Source of the DNA: the human T2T-CHM13v2.0 reference genome, Homo sapiens
DNA: 64,000 nucleotides
Direction: 5' to 3' (one strand)
NCBI RefSeq assembly: GCF_009914755.1
Contig: NC_060943.1
The notes beneath the pieces were generated by a model. It had not been told where the DNA came from, ran no database searches, and saw nothing but the letters and a program-made list of their open reading frames with translations. Within the stretch, counting starts at the first letter, position 1, and each line of letters begins with the position of its first letter. Positions 1 to 17,071 of the stretch are shown here, piece after piece. Made by a program: the position numbers and the translations under genes.

Positions 1-164
1 AAAATTCCACAGGAGTATTGCAACAGGAGGAAGCACTAACAATAATATCTTTAAGGACTGCAAAGCTTAGGCTGACAGGGACTGACTTTCATAAGGAGGA
101 GCAAACAGATTAAAAAGAAAGTGTGAGGGAAATGGGAAATTGAGGATGAAATAACTAGATTTGA

Positions 165-456
<292 letters not shown>

Positions 457-639
457 AAATTCAGCTGATTTTTATATGAGAAAAAGAAGAAAATGTGCAG
501 AGTCTGTGTCTGGCTATGTGATGGGCAAAAAAAAGAGCCCCATCTAAGTTATAATGGAAAGGGTGTTTCTTTCCATGAACTGTTCCTGGAGCACACAAAG
601 GATGGAGAATTTTATTAATCACAACTATTTACCTGGATT

Positions 640-1010
640 ACCTATGTGCTTCATCTTTCCCCACCTATTTTTTTTTTGTCCTATACATTTATTCCATTTT
701 GCTTTTTCTGGGTTGTATCTTTTATGATTAACTGGTCAACATAACTATGTTGTTTTGCTTGTTAGTGGCTCTATCAAATCATTGAACTTGAGGGAGGTTA
801 TGGGAGTCCTTGATTTTTAAACAGTAGCTCAGGAGCATAGATGGGTTCATTGGGTTTGTTCCTGACATCTGCAGTAAAGAGAATACTGTGGTACTGAGCC
901 CTGAATCAGGGTCTGTGCTGAATGGGTGGTGTCAGAATTCAAATTTTAGACAATGAGTTGATGTTGGAGAATCTTGGTATTCAGCAAACTCTACAGATTT
1001 GGTGCCAGAA
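640..1010 (+). mobile_element. Degenerate LTR fragment, MER21-like
   Basis: gacatctgcagt...gtggtactgagccctgaatc...gtgtcagaattcaaatt resembles the MER21 3' end (from memory). Confidence 0.45.
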
Positions 1011-1792
1011 GAAAGATACCACAGAGGCCTGGCCTGAAATGAAACTCTGGGAGGCTCTGCTTTTCTGTCTGTCATAGTGCCCATTGTTTTGTGATTCTAG
1101 GTCTCCTCCCAGGGTGAGAGAGGACTGAAAACTTAAAGGAAAGAAGCTCGGATAGCAGATTCCCTTTTTCCACAGCTGTCAGCACAGGATTTCTACCCAG
1201 TCACAAAGACACCCACTAGACATTGAGGTGTCTACACCACTCCCAGGGCTAGACACCACCCTCAGGAATTTCACCACAGCATTTTTATCCTAATGTTTTT
1301 TTTTGCCAAAAACCCACAAGTGTCTACAAGTCTCCTGGCATATCCTCACCCCTAGACACTGAATCTGCAGCAGCAACCTGTTTTCTCCACCAACCTAGGG
1401 TTCTGGACCACCTGTTCGTAATCTCATCTGCCTGCATGAACCCAGAAATAAATTAGAGTCACACCTGGGCCACTATCTGTAGCACAAACCAGTCCTATCA
1501 CCTACATTGCACTCTCTCAAACTAACTCATGGATTTTTTTCCTTTTAACTTTTATTTTTTGTTCCTGAGTACACATGCAGGTTTGTTATATAGGTAAAAT
1601 TGTGTCATGGGGGTTTGGTGTGCAGATTATATTGTCACTGAGATACTAAACTTTGCACCAAACAGGTATTTTTTCTGATCTTTTTTGTCCTCCCATCATC
1701 CACCATCAACTTGCCCTCAGTATCTATTGTTCTCTTTGTGTCTATGCATTCTTATCATTTAGCTCTTACTTATAAATGGTAACATGTATTTA

Positions 1793-1957
1793 TTTATTAT
1801 TATTTTTTGAGACTCTGGGATTACATGCGCCTGCCACCACACCAGCTAATTTTTGTATTTTTGGAGGGACGGGGTTTCACCATGTTGGCCAGGCTGGTCT
1901 CGAACTCCTGACCTGAGGTGATCCACCCACCTCGGCCTCCCAAAGTGCTGGGATTAC
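1793..1957 (-). mobile_element. Internally deleted Alu fragment
   Basis: gagact joined directly to ctgggattac (most of the right arm missing); 5' end also missing. Confidence 0.8.
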
Positions 1958-2096
1958 TGTCTCTACATTAGTTTTCTAAGAATACTGGTCTCTAGCTCCA
2001 TCCACGTTGCTACAAAGGACATGATTTTGTTTCTTTTCTTTTTTTTTTTTTTTTAATGGCCACGTAGTATTCCATGATGCTTATGTACCATATTTT

Positions 2097-2423
2097 GTTT
2101 TTATTAAATCTTTTATTTTATTTTATTTATATTTGAAGAAAGGGTCTTACTCTTTCACCCAGGCTGAAGTGGAGTGGTGTGATCTAGGTTCAATGAAGCC
2201 TCAATCTCCTGAGCTTAAGCAATCCTCCTACCTCAGCCCCCCAAGTAGCTGGGACTATAGTCACATGCCACCACACCCACTAATTTTTTTCTTTTTCTAT
2301 TTTTTGTAGACATGAGGTTTTGCCATATTGCTCAGGCTGCTGTCAAACTCCTGAGCTCTGGCAATCCACCAGCTTTGGCCTCCCAAAGTGTTGGATTAGA
2401 GGCATGAGTCACCATACTTGCCC
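2097..2423 (-). mobile_element. AluJ
   Basis: Diverged Alu with TSD taccatatttt (2086 / 2425). Confidence 0.85.
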
Positions 2424-2803
2424 ATACCATATTTTCTTTATCCAGTCTACCATGGATAGGCATTTAGGTTGATTCCATGTCTTTGCCATTGTGAATAGTG
2501 CTGCAATGAACATGCATGTGCATGTGTCATGATGGAATAATTTATATTTCTTTGGGTATGTACCCAATTAAGAGGTTGCTAGGTCAAATGGAAATTTGTT
2601 TTTACTTACATGAGACATCACTACATTGCTTTTCACAATGGTTGAACTAATTCACACTCCCACCAGCAGTGTATAAGCATTCCTTTTACAACCTTATCAG
2701 CATCTGTGATTTTTTTTAACTTTCGTATAATATCCATTCAGATTTGTGTGAGATGATGCCTCATTGTGGTTTTTGTTTGCATTTCTCTAATGATTAGTGA
2801 TGA

Positions 2804-3174
<371 letters not shown>

Positions 3175-4457
3175 TAATCAATCTTGAGTTGATTTTTATA
3201 TATGGTGTAAGAAAGGGGTCTAGTTTCAGTCTTCTACATAGTGCTAGCTAGTTATTCCAGCAAAATTTATTAAATAAGGAATTTTTCTCAAATTCCTCTT
3301 GTCAGTTTGTCAAAGATCAGATGGTTGTAGGTGTGCAGAATAAATTTTGGGGCTCTTTAATCTGTTGTTTTGGTCTCTGAGCCTGTTTTTGTACCAGTAC
3401 CATGCTGCTTTTTTTACTGTAGCCCTGTGGTTTAAAGTTTGGTAATATAAGGCCTCCAGCTCTGTTCCTTTTGTGTAGGATTGCCTTGGCTATTTGGGCT
3501 CTTTTTTTTTTGTTCCATATGAATTTTAAAATGGATTCTTTTGGTTCTGTTAAGAATGTTTTTGGTAGTTTGATAGGAATAGTATTAGATCTGTAGATTT
3601 CTTTGGGCAGTATGCCCATTTTAATGATATTGATCTTTTCTATCCATGAGCATAAAATGATTTTCCATTTGTTTTTCATCTCTGACTTATTTAAGCAATG
3701 TTTTTTTGTTTTGTTTTGTTTTTTATTTTTGTCATAGAGATCTTTCACCCCTCTGGTTAGCTGTATTTCTACATAATTATTTTTCTGTGGCAGTTGTGAA
3801 TGAGATTTTGTTTTTGATTTGGCTTTTAGCTCAGATATTGTTGATGTACATGGGTGCTACTGGTTTTTGTACATTTATTTTGTATCCTGAAACTTTTCTG
3901 CAGTTGTTTGTCAGTTTAAAGAGCTTTTCTGTCACGACTATAGTCTTTTCTAGATACAGAATCATGTTGTCTGCACACAAAGATCGTTTGACAACCTCTC
4001 TTCCCATTTGGATGCCTTTTTTTTTTTTCTCACCTGATTGCTGTGGCTAGGACTTCCAATCTATGTTGAATAGGAGTGGTGAGAGAAGACATTCTTGTCT
4101 TGTGCCATTTTTTAAAGAGAAATGCTTCCAGCTTGTGTCCATTCCATTCAGTATGTTGGCTGTGGGTCTGTCATAAATAATTCATTATTTTGAAGTATGT
4201 ACCTTCAATGCCTAATTGGTTGAGGGCTTTTAACATAAACGATGTTAAATTTTGTTGAAAGCTTTTTTTTTTTGTTGCATCTATTGAGATAATCTTGCAG
4301 TTTTTGTCTTTCATTATGTTTATGTAATAAATCACATTGATTTGTTTATGATGAACCAATCTTACATCCCAGAGATAAAGCCTACTTGATTATAGTGGAT
4401 TAGCTTTTTGATATGCTGTTGGCTGTTGGATTTGATTACACAGTATTTTGCTGAGGA

Positions 4458-4817
4458 TTTTTTTTTTTTTTTTGAGACAGAGACTTGCTCTGCTGCCCAG
4501 GCTAGAGTGCAGTGGCATGGTGTTGCCTCACTGCAACCTCTGCCTCCTGGGTTCAAGTGATTCTCCTGACTCAGCCTCCTGAGTAGCTAGGATTGCAGGC
4601 ACCCACCACTGCGCCTGCTTTTTTTTTTTTTTTTTTTTGAGACGGAGTCTCGCTCTGTTGCCCAGTCTGGAGTGCAGTGGCGAATTTTTTTTGTATTTTT
4701 CGTAGAGACGGGGTTTCACCAAATTGACCAGGCTGGTCTTGAACTCTTGACCTTGTGATCTACCTGCCTCGGCCTCCCAAAGTGCTGGGATTACAGGTGT
4801 GAGCCACTGCGCCCAGC
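4458..4817 (-). mobile_element. AluS with a nested approximately 64-bp Alu 3' fragment
   Basis: TSD tttgct(g/a)aggattt; second poly-T plus Alu tail at 4619-4682. Confidence 0.85.
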
Positions 4818-4867
4818 TTTGCTAAGGATTTTTACATCAATGTTTGTGAAGGATATTGGCCTGAAGT

Positions 4868-5188
<321 letters not shown>

Positions 5189-7168
5189 TTACCTGAAGTT
5201 TTCTTTTTCCATTTTATCTTTGCTGGGTTTTAGTATCACAATGATTCTGTTCTAATATAATGAGTTGGGGAAGATTTTCTTCTCATTTTTTTTGGAATAC
5301 TTTTAGCGGAAATGGTACTAGCTCTTTGTTCATCTTAAAGATTTCAGCTGCAAATTTCTCTGGTCCTCAGAACTTTTTGGATGGTAGGCTATATATTACT
5401 AATCCAATTTTGGAGCTTGTTATTTGTCTATTCAGGGCTTCGTTTTCTTTTGTGTGGAGTCTTGGCAGGATATATTTGTGTTCAGTCTTGGCAGGATGTA
5501 TTTGTCCAGGACTTTATTTATTACTATTAGATTTCTTGTTTGTGTGCATAGAGATGTGCATAGTAGACTTCAGTAGTTATTTGTATTTTTGTGGGGTCAG
5601 TAATAATGTCCCTTTGTCATTTCTAATTGTGTTTATTTGGCTCTTGTTTCTTCATTAATCTAGCCAGTAGTATATCTTATCAATTTTTTTTCAAAGATTT
5701 AACTCCTGGATTTCTTGATCTTTTGTATAGTTTTACATGTCTAAGTCTCCTTCAGTTCAGAGCTGCTTTTGGTTATTTTTTGCATTCTGCTAGCTTAGAA
5801 TTGGTTTGCTCTTGCTTCTCATACTTTATTTTGTGATATTAGGTCACTAAATTAAGATCTTTCTAACATTTCGATGTGAGCATTTAGTGTTATAAATTTC
5901 CTTCTTACCACTGCCTTAGCTGTGTTGCAGCAATTCTGGTATGCTGTATCTTTATTCTCAGTTGTTTCAAACAACTTCTTGATTTCTGTCTTAATTTCAT
6001 TATTTGCCCAAAAGTCATTTAAATGCGGGTTGTTTAATTTTCATATAATTGTATGTTTTCAAGTGGTTTTCTTTGTAGTTGAATTATATTTTCAACAATC
6101 TGTTGTCTCCATGTGTGGTTGGTATAATGTAGGGATTTTTGTATTTGCTGAGTATTGTTTTATTTCTAATTGTGTGGTAAATGTTAGAGTTTGTTTCACA
6201 TGGTGATTAGAATAATGTATATTATGTTGTTTTTACATAGAGTTCTGTAGATATCCATTAGGACTATTTGGTCAAGTGTCAAGTTTACATACTGTTATCT
6301 TTGTTTATTTTCTGTCTCAAGGATCTGTCTAATAGTTTCTGTGGGGTGTTGTAGTCTCCTACTGTTGTGTCAGAATTAAAGTCTCTTCATAGGTCTCTAA
6401 GAACTTGCTTTATTCATGTGTACCCATGGAATTTTTATAACACATTTCTCTCTTCTGCTTTTTTCCCCATAAGCATTATTTCAAGTGCACAAAGTGTGCC
6501 CAAGGTTGCCCCTTAGATGCCTGAATCCAATGTCTGCTGAAATTGAGATGTCCAAGAATTCAAGAACACGTCCAGAAAACCTGGCTGTTGTAGAAAAAAA
6601 TATAAATTAGAAATGAAAAGCTTTATTCTTCTACCTTGAAATAAGCACTTAGCATCTTAAAGCATTTAAGATGATATGTACATTTATCTTTGTTATTTTG
6701 AAATATACATAAATTATATTAACAGCTAAGTAAACCTTTTGTCATTATTTTTTACTCAAGGTTGTCATTAGCTAGGACTTCAGATTCATTGCTTTGTTTT
6801 TGCTTTGGCAAAGTTTTTTCCTTTCATTTTTAGTCTTTTAAAGTCGACAGTTTTGTTTATATCAAAGCTTATTTTAAAAACACGCAAAAGTGGAGCACAA
6901 AAATAGGATTAAATTTAGCCATACAGAATGATAAAGACTAAAAGATACTGAGTAGTTTTTTTTAACAGAAAACTGATTGTCCAAGGTGATTATCTAATAT
7001 TTTCAGGCTGAAGTACTCACACTGCAAAAGAAAGCAGTTCAGTATATAAACTGAACAGTGAAGTCTTTAGTTGTACTTTGGTTTCCGTTTATTACTTCAG
7101 AACAATTAGCATAGTTATGTGTAGTGTTTGTAGGCAACCTGCGTTTATATACTTTAAAAACTATTTTC

Positions 7169-7540
<372 letters not shown>

Positions 7541-7573
7541 TTATACTTTTGAAATATAAAGTGTTTTAACTGA

Positions 7574-7893
<320 letters not shown>

Positions 7894-9866
7894 GATTACA
7901 GACATTTTTAAAAAATTTTACATTTATTATGACTAGTACATTAAAATTATATATACTTAGATATTTATATCTAATGTTCAAAAAATTTACTACAAAATTG
8001 TTACAGTAGATATTAGTCTGAAATGCTTATTTATCTAATAGGGATAACTCTAGGTAAGCATAATTTTAGTGTCTTGTATTTCACTAACTTGGAATGCTGC
8101 TATTACAGGACAAACACAGGTGACATGGCCATCCAAAAACCGTAATAGCTCTTTAGTTAACTATGTTGCAAGCTCAAATATATTCTACTATATGAACAGA
8201 GAGGGATTCCAATTCTTCATCAAAAAGTGCTGGTGGAAGTTGTCAGATGTATTTCAACATAGATCCCCCATTCAATGGCTAGGAGATGAGAGAGCAACAG
8301 AGATGAAAGAGAAACCTTATGAAATTCTGCTGAAAATATGCACACTTTCTTTATAATGCTCATGTTTCTCATGCTGAGAGTAGCTGTGCACTCTGGATGC
8401 TTAGAAATTCTTTTCAGGGGAATATTTTCTGGCTATTTCGATAAATCTTATGTCTAATTTGAGTTTTTCTTAAGATGCTTTTAACTTCTTTATTTCTCTC
8501 AATAAAATCTTGCTCATTTGAGAGCTGTTTTTCTCTCAAATGCTTTGGGTGTCTGTTTTAGAAGCCTTATGCGTATCCCGTGGTGTCTTTGAATGAGGTG
8601 GGCTGTCACAGGGATGACTCTTGGAGTGATCTCTACCGAGACTCATACTGCAAATCCAGCAGTATTTTTTCATGTCACCATTATAAATTGGCACTGAGGC
8701 TGAAACACTTCTTCCATTCCCTTTATTGTGAAGGTGCAGTTCTACCCAGGAGGCCTGCAGGCTCTCCTCCTGCAGCTCAGGCTTCACTCTCTGATGTGGC
8801 ACTGGAGTGCTACTGTGGCAGTTTGGGTTCACATAAGATGTGAGCTGCCAGCTGTGAGCCCTGTGCTGTGGGCTGTGCCTCAGTGGCAGATGGTAGGAGT
8901 CAAGAGAGGACACTGGTGACCAGGGGAGGGCAAGCAGGAGTGCTCTAGCCCAGTCTCAGGGAGTAGAGAGCCATTATTTTAAAATGTAAATAGCCAAAAT
9001 GATAGCATCCTAATCAACCATTTTTGTAGAAGAGTGAGAGCCTACCTTCAGCAGGCACCAGGCTTAAGTGGCAAAACTGCCTTTTGTCATGAAGATGTGA
9101 TAAGGTTTATTTTGGCATTGAATATAACCATGTAGCATATATGGAAGGCCTTTTCAATTATCAAGTGAATTTAGAATGAATTATGTATAGCATGGTGTTG
9201 TAAATTTTTCTACTTATGGACTAATTATGATGAACATCTTTCTGTCTTTGCAGTCTTTGAGCAGATTGACCATGATGCACTTCACATTCTAGGTTAATTG
9301 TGTAATAAAACAGTTTTCTTTCTGTTCTATCATTGTGTTTCTCTGGGGCTGTAGAAAGTTTTTCTTTTCGTTATATATTCCAGACACTGTCTAGAATTAC
9401 CAGACATGATATAAACACATAAGGTGCCAGCCAAGCTTTACTCTAGAGGGGACTTTCCCTCTCAGGCTTCCAGTCACCTCACAATTATGCTACATAGTAT
9501 GTGCTGTCTCCTAAATATGCAGGAAGAATTGTGTATCTGCCTATTTGGTATCTATAGGCCACTACAGTCACTTCTAGAGAAGCTAGACCAGATTTCTACA
9601 AACTTCACAGGGCAGCAATCAACATTTTACCTCTTTCGTTGACTCTTGTATCTTCAGACCTGAAACTGATTCACAGAACATGGAGCTCAGAAACCCAATC
9701 AGAGTAATATGTGCGCACTGAATAGACACGTAGACATGAGAATCTCCACTTTCTTGTATCTCCTCTTGCTAAAATGTCCACAAATATGCAGGTAACACCT
9801 GCTGCTACTCCACCCATCCAGAGCCTAAATCTGCAGCTCCAAATTCTGAATGTAGGTCTTAAGTTT

Positions 9867-10722
9867 TGGAAAATAAAAAAAAACGTTTATCTGAGGAATA
9901 CAAGTCCTTTTAGTTGTCAAACACAGAGAGACATTAAAATGAGAGCTCAGGTTGGGTGCAGTGGCTCACACCTGTAATCCCAGCACTTTGGGAGGCTGAG
10001 GCAGGTGGATCACGAGGTCAGGAGTTCAAGACCAGCCTGGCCAACATGGTGAAACCCTGTCTCTGCTAAAAATACAAAAATTAGCTGGGCATGGTGGTGG
10101 GCGCCTGTAATCCCAGCTACTTGGGATGCTGAGGCAGAGAATTGCTTGAACCTGGGAGGCGAAGGTTGCAGTGACCCGAGATCGCGCCACTGCACTCCAG
10201 CCTGGGTGACAGAGCGAGACTCTATCTCAAAAAAAATAAAAAATAAAAAATAAATGAGAAACACAATTATGTCTCCCCCCCGCTTGAGCTATGTATTCAT
10301 CTCCTGAAACCATTCACAATTGCCACAAGTAGCATCAATTTAACTAATAATGTGACACTGAACACTATAACTTAAGCTGTAAACCTTACTGATGTATATC
10401 CAATCAATAGTCAATGTTATTTCTATAAATAAATAAGAAAGGTAGGTATAGTTGTGGTTATGACTCTAGACACTTTGTTGCCTTGATCTCTCACTCCCAA
10501 AATCGTTTGTTACTAACAAACATTTTTGTACCATCCCACTCTCTGTCCCTCTTTTTTTTTTTTTTTTTTTGCCTTTACAAATCCACTTGTAACTGCTGAT
10601 TATCAAAGTGTAGATTCCAGGCAACTTGAATCTTTGCTCCCAGGTTACAGTCCTCAAAGATGGAACAAATAAACTGTCTACTTATATCTGTGTTGCCTCG
10701 GGTTTTTCTTTTTAGGCAGACA
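9867..10722 (+). mobile_element. ERV1-class solo LTR (LTR54/MER57-like), split by an AluS at 9950-10254
   Basis: 3' end aaatccacttgtaactgctg...ggcaacttgaatct...AATAAActgtctactta...ggcagaCA; subfamily from memory. Confidence 0.55.
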
Positions 10723-11727
10723 TATTACTTAGGATGTGCTAGAACAGCCTCTAGGAGAACATCTCTCTTTGATTGTACTCCACTTGCTGTAACACCCAAG
10801 AATGCAGAGCCAGTTTGATCTGACCAAGAATCTGCACATAAGAGCTGATCTCTGCCTGAGATTCACAAGACAGGGCCAGGTTTTAGATTAAGAAGGTAAT
10901 GAAAACCAACAGGAGGAATTTCTGCATTGTGAGATGTCAACATAGACATCTTAAAGCCCCCCTTTGATAGTGTGGCTCTTTGAGCTTTTCAAGTCTTGTC
11001 CAGTGACCTGCTGCAGTTACATGAGAGGATCCTGGTGTAAACAGAATCTGATAGCAACATCTTAGGAGTGAGAGATCAAGGCTACAAAGTATCCAGAGCC
11101 ATGACTGCAACTATACCTACTCCTAAAATGTGATACTGGAGTAGAACATTTTTGTCCTTCCTCTTACCCAAAAGCTAGCAAATCAGGACAGGTGATCCAG
11201 GTTCTGGAGCTTTACCAGGGCAGTTCCATTTTCTATTTAGAATCAGCCTAAATCTCTTCTGTCTGGCTTACAATTGGGCCGTCAGCACACGGTCACTGGG
11301 AATCCTCTCAGAATCACCTAGGTGTCTTTGAGACATTTGAGGATTTCCAGAGCAGAATTGTCAGGCTGACGAGTGGTTAACTCTGCTTCTGTCTCAGTGT
11401 AAGAGAAATGGGTCATCCTTCCCTCATTCAAGAGGTGTCTTTGGTTGGTACCCAGATGACAGTTTCTTCAATTGCTGGTACTTGGGAGGAAAAGAAGTAG
11501 TTCTGGAGATTCGAACAGTTAAACTAAATGCTTCCATCTCATATGGCCATTAGAATAATAGATGTAGCAGTCATGGTCCCTACCATCCATGAACTTTTAG
11601 TCCAGACTAGCAACTGGATAAACGATGAATTAAGCATCATATGGTTGATATAATAAATAGATTTGTGCAAAGAAACTTGGGGTTTATTTGGGCCGTAAGT
11701 AACCCAAATAAAAAATAAACAATATTA

Positions 11728-12030
11728 GGCCGGGCGTGGTGGCTTACGCCTGTAATCCCAGCACTTTGGGAGGCCGAGGTGGGTGGATCACGAGGTCAGG
11801 AGTTCGAGACCAGCCTGGCCAACATGGTGAAACCCCATCTCTACTAAAAAAAATAAAAAATTAGCTGGGCGTGGTGGTGGGCGCCTGTAATCCCAGCTAC
11901 TTGGGAGGCTGAAGCAGGAGAATTGCCTGAACCCAGGAGGCGGAGGTTGCAGTGAGCCAAGATTGAGTGATTGAGTGATTGCATTCCAGCCTGGACATCA
12001 GGGCAAGACTCTGTCTTAAAAACAAAAAAA
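11728..12030 (+). mobile_element. AluS (Sg-like)
   Basis: TSD aaacaatatt; internal gattgagt micro-duplication. Confidence 0.9.
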
Positions 12031-15000
12031 CAATATTGTTGTGACTTCTGATGTCATCACCTGAAGGGATGTTTATGGACAGAAGAATTGTTATTATTTT
12101 TATTTCTTTTATTTTGCTAAGAATACTTATTTATCTTCTAATAAAATTATTCTAGATATCCTTAAGATATTTGTTTAAATGGATTATTAGTATATATTAG
12201 GAAATTGACAGGGCAGTAGCTAAAAAAGATTAAAGTTACATGAACTCTGGGATTTAAGTTTTTCTTAGGTAAGCTTAGGAAACAGAACTGGAAGTACCCC
12301 AGTGGCACAGAGAACAAATTCTACATAGGCTCCACTCCCTGCTCCAGTTCTGTTCAGTTCCTACTTGGGGGCTTTATTTAGTCCTGTCCCCACCCTGGAG
12401 TCTTGCCTCAGATAATTGATTTAATAAGATCAGAGTTTTGGTTGGTGAAGCCTGCTGTCTTTCTAGAAGTGGTGCTCACAGTTTTCTGAAATCCAAAAGC
12501 AGATAAATGGGAATAATAAAGTATGTATTTTAGGGTCTTTTTAAATTTTTTATTAAAACCAGTGCTTGCAGAGACATTCCATTTAGCAACTTGTTTTCTA
12601 ATCTTACAAATCAGTAGTTGCTCCACAAGTCACAAAAAATTAAATATAAACACAATAAAAATTCCTCTAAACTACATTAAATTTTTCCTTTATCCCTCTC
12701 ATCTATCTATTTAGCTTTATTCTATACATTTTATAAAAAATTAATGACAGAGAAACTATAAAAATTAAAATGCTGTGCCCTTTATCTAAATCCTGGGAAT
12801 TATTAAACACTTAGTACCAATTCCCAAGGGTGTTATGAAGATTATGTCACATAATGTGTTATTCCCAGCACAGTGCTCCGTAACATCCTCTTGAGCACAT
12901 AGAGCACAATGTTTAATAAACATTCCATCAGTACACTTGTACATGTTATTTAAACGCAGACTTATTCAGACATGGCTGTTTTCTGTTTCCTCTGTATACT
13001 CTACAGAGCCAGCAAAGAATATGATACTTTAGGATGGAGAGTGGTTGTCTTCATTTGCCCTAGAAGTATTTGTGTTGTGACAAGAGTGCTGAGTATAAGG
13101 GACTCTGTGCTGTGCCTGCTTTCTCTAACTAATGCTGATCATGAGCCCAGGGGAGCAACATCAACATTGACAGGGGACTTGTTTAAAACATTCATTTTGG
13201 ACCCTTTTCAAACCTGCAGCATCATATTACATAGAGTGGGCCCAAAATTACTAAGTGATTTGTAAGCTCATTAAAGCTTGAGATTAAATGCTTAGCTAAG
13301 TGGTTATAAGCCCAGACCTCTAATTAGGATTACATGGCCAATTTGCAGAAAAATCCTTACTTCAGCTTTTCCTACAGGTTTTGTTTATTGTTTTAGGTGG
13401 AAACATATATGTTGTTTTGGTTAAGTACCTCGTATAATTCCAATGTGAGGCCAGAATCAACAATGAAGGGTTCAAGGCATTCATGAGAGTTAAGGTAGAA
13501 ACCTTTGCACTAAAGGGTGGTCACAGGGCATGTTCTGTTTGGGTTTGGGAGAGACAAGGCAGTGTGGCCCATATTACCATTACTGTAGCAGAAATTGCTG
13601 GTGTCTGTGGCAGAGGAGGGCATCTGAGGACAGAAAAGAAGAAACTTATATTTTTATTTTCATAGAGAAGCTCATTGTTCCTGAATCTCTACTAGTATAA
13701 AGGACAGAAATGGATGGAATGTTTCTGCAGGTCTTGGTCCTGCCAGTGGGTGTGGTGGTAGCAGGTAAATGGGTGGTGCTGACACCTTTAAAGGCATATT
13801 CTCGAGATGCAGGTGTAATTTGTGCAGAAAATTTCATCTGAGCAAGAATTCCAGAGGAGAAGGAGGAAAAAATGGCTTTTTTTTTTCAACTAAACATGTC
13901 TCATATCAAGAGCTGTGTCCACTCTGCCTTCTGAAATGCCATGCATTTTTACGTGCAAACCTTTACTTCTCTACTTGTTTTTCCTCCCTAATGAGTTTGT
14001 TTTAACTACTTTAAAAAATTCTTGTAATAGTCAAGGGTCTCTGAAAAATATGTTTTTTCCCATATACCAGAGCCTTCTACATCATGGCTCCTTCTATGCC
14101 ACGCAGAATTTTCTTCATGGATTTATAATCTACTGTATTAAAAATGTTCCCTTTGTGTCTGGGAAGGTGTGAATACTCAAGATTCCTATTGGAAGAAGAA
14201 AGGGGTTCTTAAAAAAGATGGAAAACTTGTAATGTTGAGGTTCCATCTGTGTTCTTCATTAACTCTATAGAGAGCAGGATTAAGGAAGTGTTTATTTAAG
14301 GAGGATGGCATTTATTACCCAGAAAGTCCTGAAAAAAAATGAGGAAATACTTGCTCTCTAGGGTGCTAAAGAAAGACTACTTAAAATCACTATTAAAAAT
14401 TACAGAACATGAGAGATATCTGTGTCTTGAACTTGGTATAAAACTGATGGTTCTTTATGGTTGAATTCGGACTACGATTTACTTCTGGGAGAAAATGTCA
14501 CAGTGGTGATGCTGTGTCCTTCTTTTGTGCATCAGCACATCATAAAAATTTGTCCTAGTGCAAGTAACATTAATGATTCACTTGGTTAAGGAGGTCTACA
14601 AATTTTTTTACTAGAAAGCTAGTTATTTTTCTTTTCATTATAAATTATTTTTATGCAGCGGATGTGCATAAACCATCACATTTTATCTGGTAGCTGCCCC
14701 TCTTTCTTAGGTTTTATTTGCATATATCTGTCTTTGGCAAGTAAAAACTGTCATCTTTTTCTTTTTACAGTCCAGCAATACTAGGAAAAACACAGGCTCT
14801 TTTACTTAGTGGATGTTTGACAAAATATTCTTCTTGGGCCAAAAACATTGGCATTACTGGTGAACTTGTTAGAAATATAGAAACTCAAAACAAAACAAAA
14901 AAAATTCAGAAACAGACTTTCTATAAGTCAGAACCAGTTCTCTACTCTCTCATTTGACCTTGAGACATTAAAAATTCTGCCCTGGCTGCTTGGTAAATGT

Positions 15001-15170
15001 GTATGGGGGTGTGTTTTTTAGAGTCAGAGAATACATTAGAGAATATTTCTGTGTTAAAAAAATATTTTCTTGGATAATTTTGGTCACTCCAATAAGGCAG
15101 AACCTGTTCTCTCTGCTCTTTAATTACACCTTGAGTGACATTAAAAATTCTGTCCCTGACCACTTGGTAA

Positions 15171-15401
<231 letters not shown>

Positions 15402-15856
15402 TAGAATGTTTTTTGGTAATTTGGTAATTTTTGATAATTATGTTTTGCATAAATGAGTTTCATATCCCTGTTTTCAAGAAAATCATAAGGATTTGTCAGT
15501 GTAGAAAAAAAAATTTCTTCAAGAGGTTTCACCTTGAACTGAACTTTCCACATTGCTGAGCTGATCTGTATCCCTCACTCTAGAATAGTGGTAATTCCAG
15601 AAATTTAGTGGTGTAAAATATTGTTGCCCACACCTTAAAATCTAATTGCTACCACCAATTTTTTTATTCAGTAGTACTGGGTAGTGAATTAAGAATCTAC
15701 AAATATACAGTATTTTCTAAATATTTAGAAATTTCTGTTATAAATTAGTATTTTGGCATAAATGTATTAGAATATTATATTACATTCTCTTTATTGAGCA
15801 CATTACTAAGTTGGTAATTGGAGAATATGAGCAAGATGCGTGTTACTTATTTTTAA

Positions 15857-15964
<108 letters not shown>

Positions 15965-16736
15965 TGAGAGTGAAAGCCAGTACAACAGGTGAAACAGATG
16001 AGAGATCCACAGGTCAAGGAGAAAGCAAGTCCTTAAAATGTCATTTCGGAAGCTGTATTCCAAGGGATATAGTTTCTGGAAGCCTGAGTTTGCATTTTTT
16101 TTTTCTTTGCTCTCACATAGGGACATTTCTGTCTTATGCTTTTAAATTCTCTAAAGATTCTACTTTCCTTTCAGTCATTTTCCTTCAAGTTTACAGTGAG
16201 AGCCAAAGTCCTCATGGCATATAAGAGACTGCATAGTCTGACTGCTTTTTCATTGTTTTTAGGGGCATACAAATATCTGCATAATTTTCAAAAATTCTAT
16301 GTTAAGCTATTTCTTAAGTTCTCTTTTTGCATTGTGCCTGACATGAATAGAGTAGTGGTTTCTGTTCCATTGAATTTTTTAATTTTTCTGCACATTTCAT
16401 CCTTTTTCTTTAGTATATTTTTGAAAGATAGTTTGGAATTATAAAATATGATGTCATTCTGCTTTTTTTTTCCTGAAGATTGCTTTGGCTATTCAAAGCT
16501 TATTGTAGTTTCATGTAATCTTTAGCCTTGTATTTTCCGTTACTGTGAAAAAAACTTGCCACTGGAATTTTTACAGGGAGCTTATTGAACCTATATTTAT
16601 TGAATCTATATTCTTTCAACTCATAGACATGAAACATTTTCAAATTTATTTTTGTCTTCTCTATTTCTTTTCCTAGCTATCTTATATCTTTCAGTGTAAA
16701 GAGTTTTTATCTCCTTGGTCAAATTTGTTCTCAGAA

Positions 16737-17071
<335 letters not shown>

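Noticed and set aside
3317-4556. Functional L1 ORF2
   Set aside because: Fragmented by stops, frameshifts and Alus; no 5'UTR or ORF1
8536-8913. Functional BNIP3-like protein
   Set aside because: No ATG, frameshifts, premature stop, TM domain not reached
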